This document shows positions 62,772 through 64,000 of a stretch of 64,000 nucleotides of DNA, one piece after another. The translations under genes and the position numbers were made by a program. The notes under the pieces were generated by a model that was given only the letters and a program-made list of their open reading frames with translations, was not told where the DNA came from and ran no database searches. Within the stretch, counting starts at the first letter, position 1; each line of letters opens with the position of its first letter. Origin of the DNA: Gammaproteobacteria bacterium (GTDB taxonomy: Bacteria; Pseudomonadota; Gammaproteobacteria; Arenicellales; JAANXG01); the NCBI GenBank assembly GCA_024638505.1, contig JAHEKE010000012.1, positions 7,509 through 71,508 on the forward strand. The letters are read 5' to 3'.

Positions 62772-64000
62772 ATGTGTGGTATCGCTGGTATTGTCGGAGG
62801 GGATTCCGCCCGGGAAGAAGCCGTGCGGCGCATGACCGATGCGCTTATTCATCGCGGCCCGGACGATTCCGGATATTTCCACGACAGCGATGTATCACTT
62901 GGCCAGCGGCGGCTCGCCATTATAGATCTGGTTACCGGGCAGCAGCCGATCAGTAATGAGACGGAAGACGTCGTATTGATTTGCAATGGTGAGATCTACA
63001 ACAGCCCGCAGTTGCGCAACAACTTGCAGGCCAAGGGACACGCGTTCAAGACCGCGTCGGATGTGGAGACCATTATCCACCTGTATGAAGAGTATGGTGA
63101 AAAGTGCGTCAATTATCTGCGAGGAATGTTTGCATTTGCTCTTTGGGACCAGAGGCAGAAAAAGCTGGTTCTTGCACGGGACCACCTGGGGCAGAAGCCG
63201 CTTTACTTCGGCAACTTCAACGGCGGATTCTTTTTTGCCTCTGAAGTAAAGGCGTTGCTGGCCACCGCCTGGCTCGAGCCCGAAGTTAACCTGGAGGCAA
63301 TCTGGCACTATATGTCGACGCGGTTCGTGCCAAATCAATCCTCTTTGTTCAAGGGCATTCACAAACTTCCGGCCGCCCATATGCTGGTGTGGCAGGACGG
63401 CGATATCAAGGTTAGTCGCTATTGGGATCTGGACTTTATCCACAAGCACAGCGGATCGGATGCCGACATCATAGACGGCTTGCGCGATGTGCTGGATGAA
63501 GCGGTGGATCTGCACCTGTTGAGCGACGTTCGGGTGGGCGCCTTCTTAAGCGGTGGGATCGACTCCGGCACCATAGCAGCGATGATGGCGTTGCACAGTA
63601 AGGAGCCGGTTCCCGTTTTTTCCATCGGCGTAAAAGAACAGTCGTTCAACGAGCTGCCCTACGCGCGGATTGTGGCAGATCGCTACGGTATGGAGGGGCA
63701 TGAGCAGGTGGTATCCGCCGACATGATCCACCTAATACCTCGTATGATCCAGCACATGGATGAACCCTCCGACCCATACGCAGTCGGCGTGTTCCTGGTT
63801 TCGCAACTTGCGCGTAAAACGGTGAAAGTCGTGTTAAGCGGCGACGGCGGGGATGAGAATTTTGCGGGTTATGACCGCTACGCCGGACAGCGCCTGGCGG
63901 ACATGTATGCGATTTTGCCGAAGTGGCTTCGGGCTAACGTCATGAGCAGGATGGTTCGTCTGATACCGGAATCCTTCGGCTATAAAACCATGGCGCAGAA
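62772..64000 (+). CDS. asnB: Asparagine synthase (glutamine-hydrolysing)-type amidotransferase, 3' end outside window
   Basis: Absent from the ORF track because no stop lies inside the window. Hand translation from the ATG at 62772 gives MCGIAGIVGG...HRGPDDSG...NGEIYN...LARDHLGQKPLYF..., the PP-loop AFLSGGIDSG and VLSGDGGDENFAGYDRY. The frame is open to nt 64000. Confidence 0.9.
   Translation, partial: MCGIAGIVGGDSAREEAVRRMTDALIHRGPDDSGYFHDSDVSLGQRRLAIIDLVTGQQPISNETEDVVLICNGEIYNSPQLRNNLQAKGHAFKTASDVETIIHLYEEYGEKCVNYLRGMFAFALWDQRQKKLVLARDHLGQKPLYFGNFNGGFFFASEVKALLATAWLEPEVNLEAIWHYMSTRFVPNQSSLFKGIHKLPAAHMLVWQDGDIKVSRYWDLDFIHKHSGSDADIIDGLRDVLDEAVDLHLLSDVRVGAFLSGGIDSGTIAAMMALHSKEPVPVFSIGVKEQSFNELPYARIVADRYGMEGHEQVVSADMIHLIPRMIQHMDEPSDPYAVGVFLVSQLARKTVKVVLSGDGGDENFAGYDRYAGQRLADMYAILPKWLRANVMSRMVRLIPESFGYKTMAQ

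Overview
The gene order indicates a gammaproteobacterial chromosome and closely parallels the Pseudomonas-type ligA...queA-tgt-yajC-secDF, rib-nusB-thiL-pgpA, fdxA-mutS, suhB-trmJ-iscR...ndk-rlmN-pilW-rodZ-hisS-yfgM-bamB-der arrangement. Nt 1-40.9 kb hold tightly packed housekeeping genes, one tRNA-Leu(CAA), and one probable unannotated GGA-rich Rsm/Csr-type sRNA next to fdxA. The conserved synteny has clear gaps. The isc operon is reduced to iscR-iscA with an MtaB-like radical-SAM gene in place of iscSU-hscBA-fdx, ispG is absent between rodZ and hisS, and the rib operon carries a RibBX-type fusion. From about 41 kb to the window end, directly after der, the sequence becomes an accessory island of about 23 kb that looks lower in GC by eye. 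It encodes at least six glycosyltransferase genes: three GT2, one tandem GT-B and one GT4, plus two ArnT/PMT-like GT-C membrane enzymes. It also encodes a GlpD-like flavoenzyme, a COG5610-type HAD protein, a secreted beta-lactamase-fold hydrolase, a subtilisin-type autotransporter, an SDR epimerase/dehydratase, an AsnB-type amidotransferase and several orphan coiled-coil proteins. No initiating phosphoglycosyltransferase, Wzx/Wzy, ABC exporter, integrase or transposase is visible in the window. This island is the best candidate for an undescribed system, possibly a lipid-carrier-dependent periplasmic glycosylation or cell-surface modification pathway. All functional calls rest on reading the translated ORFs by eye; no database search was possible.
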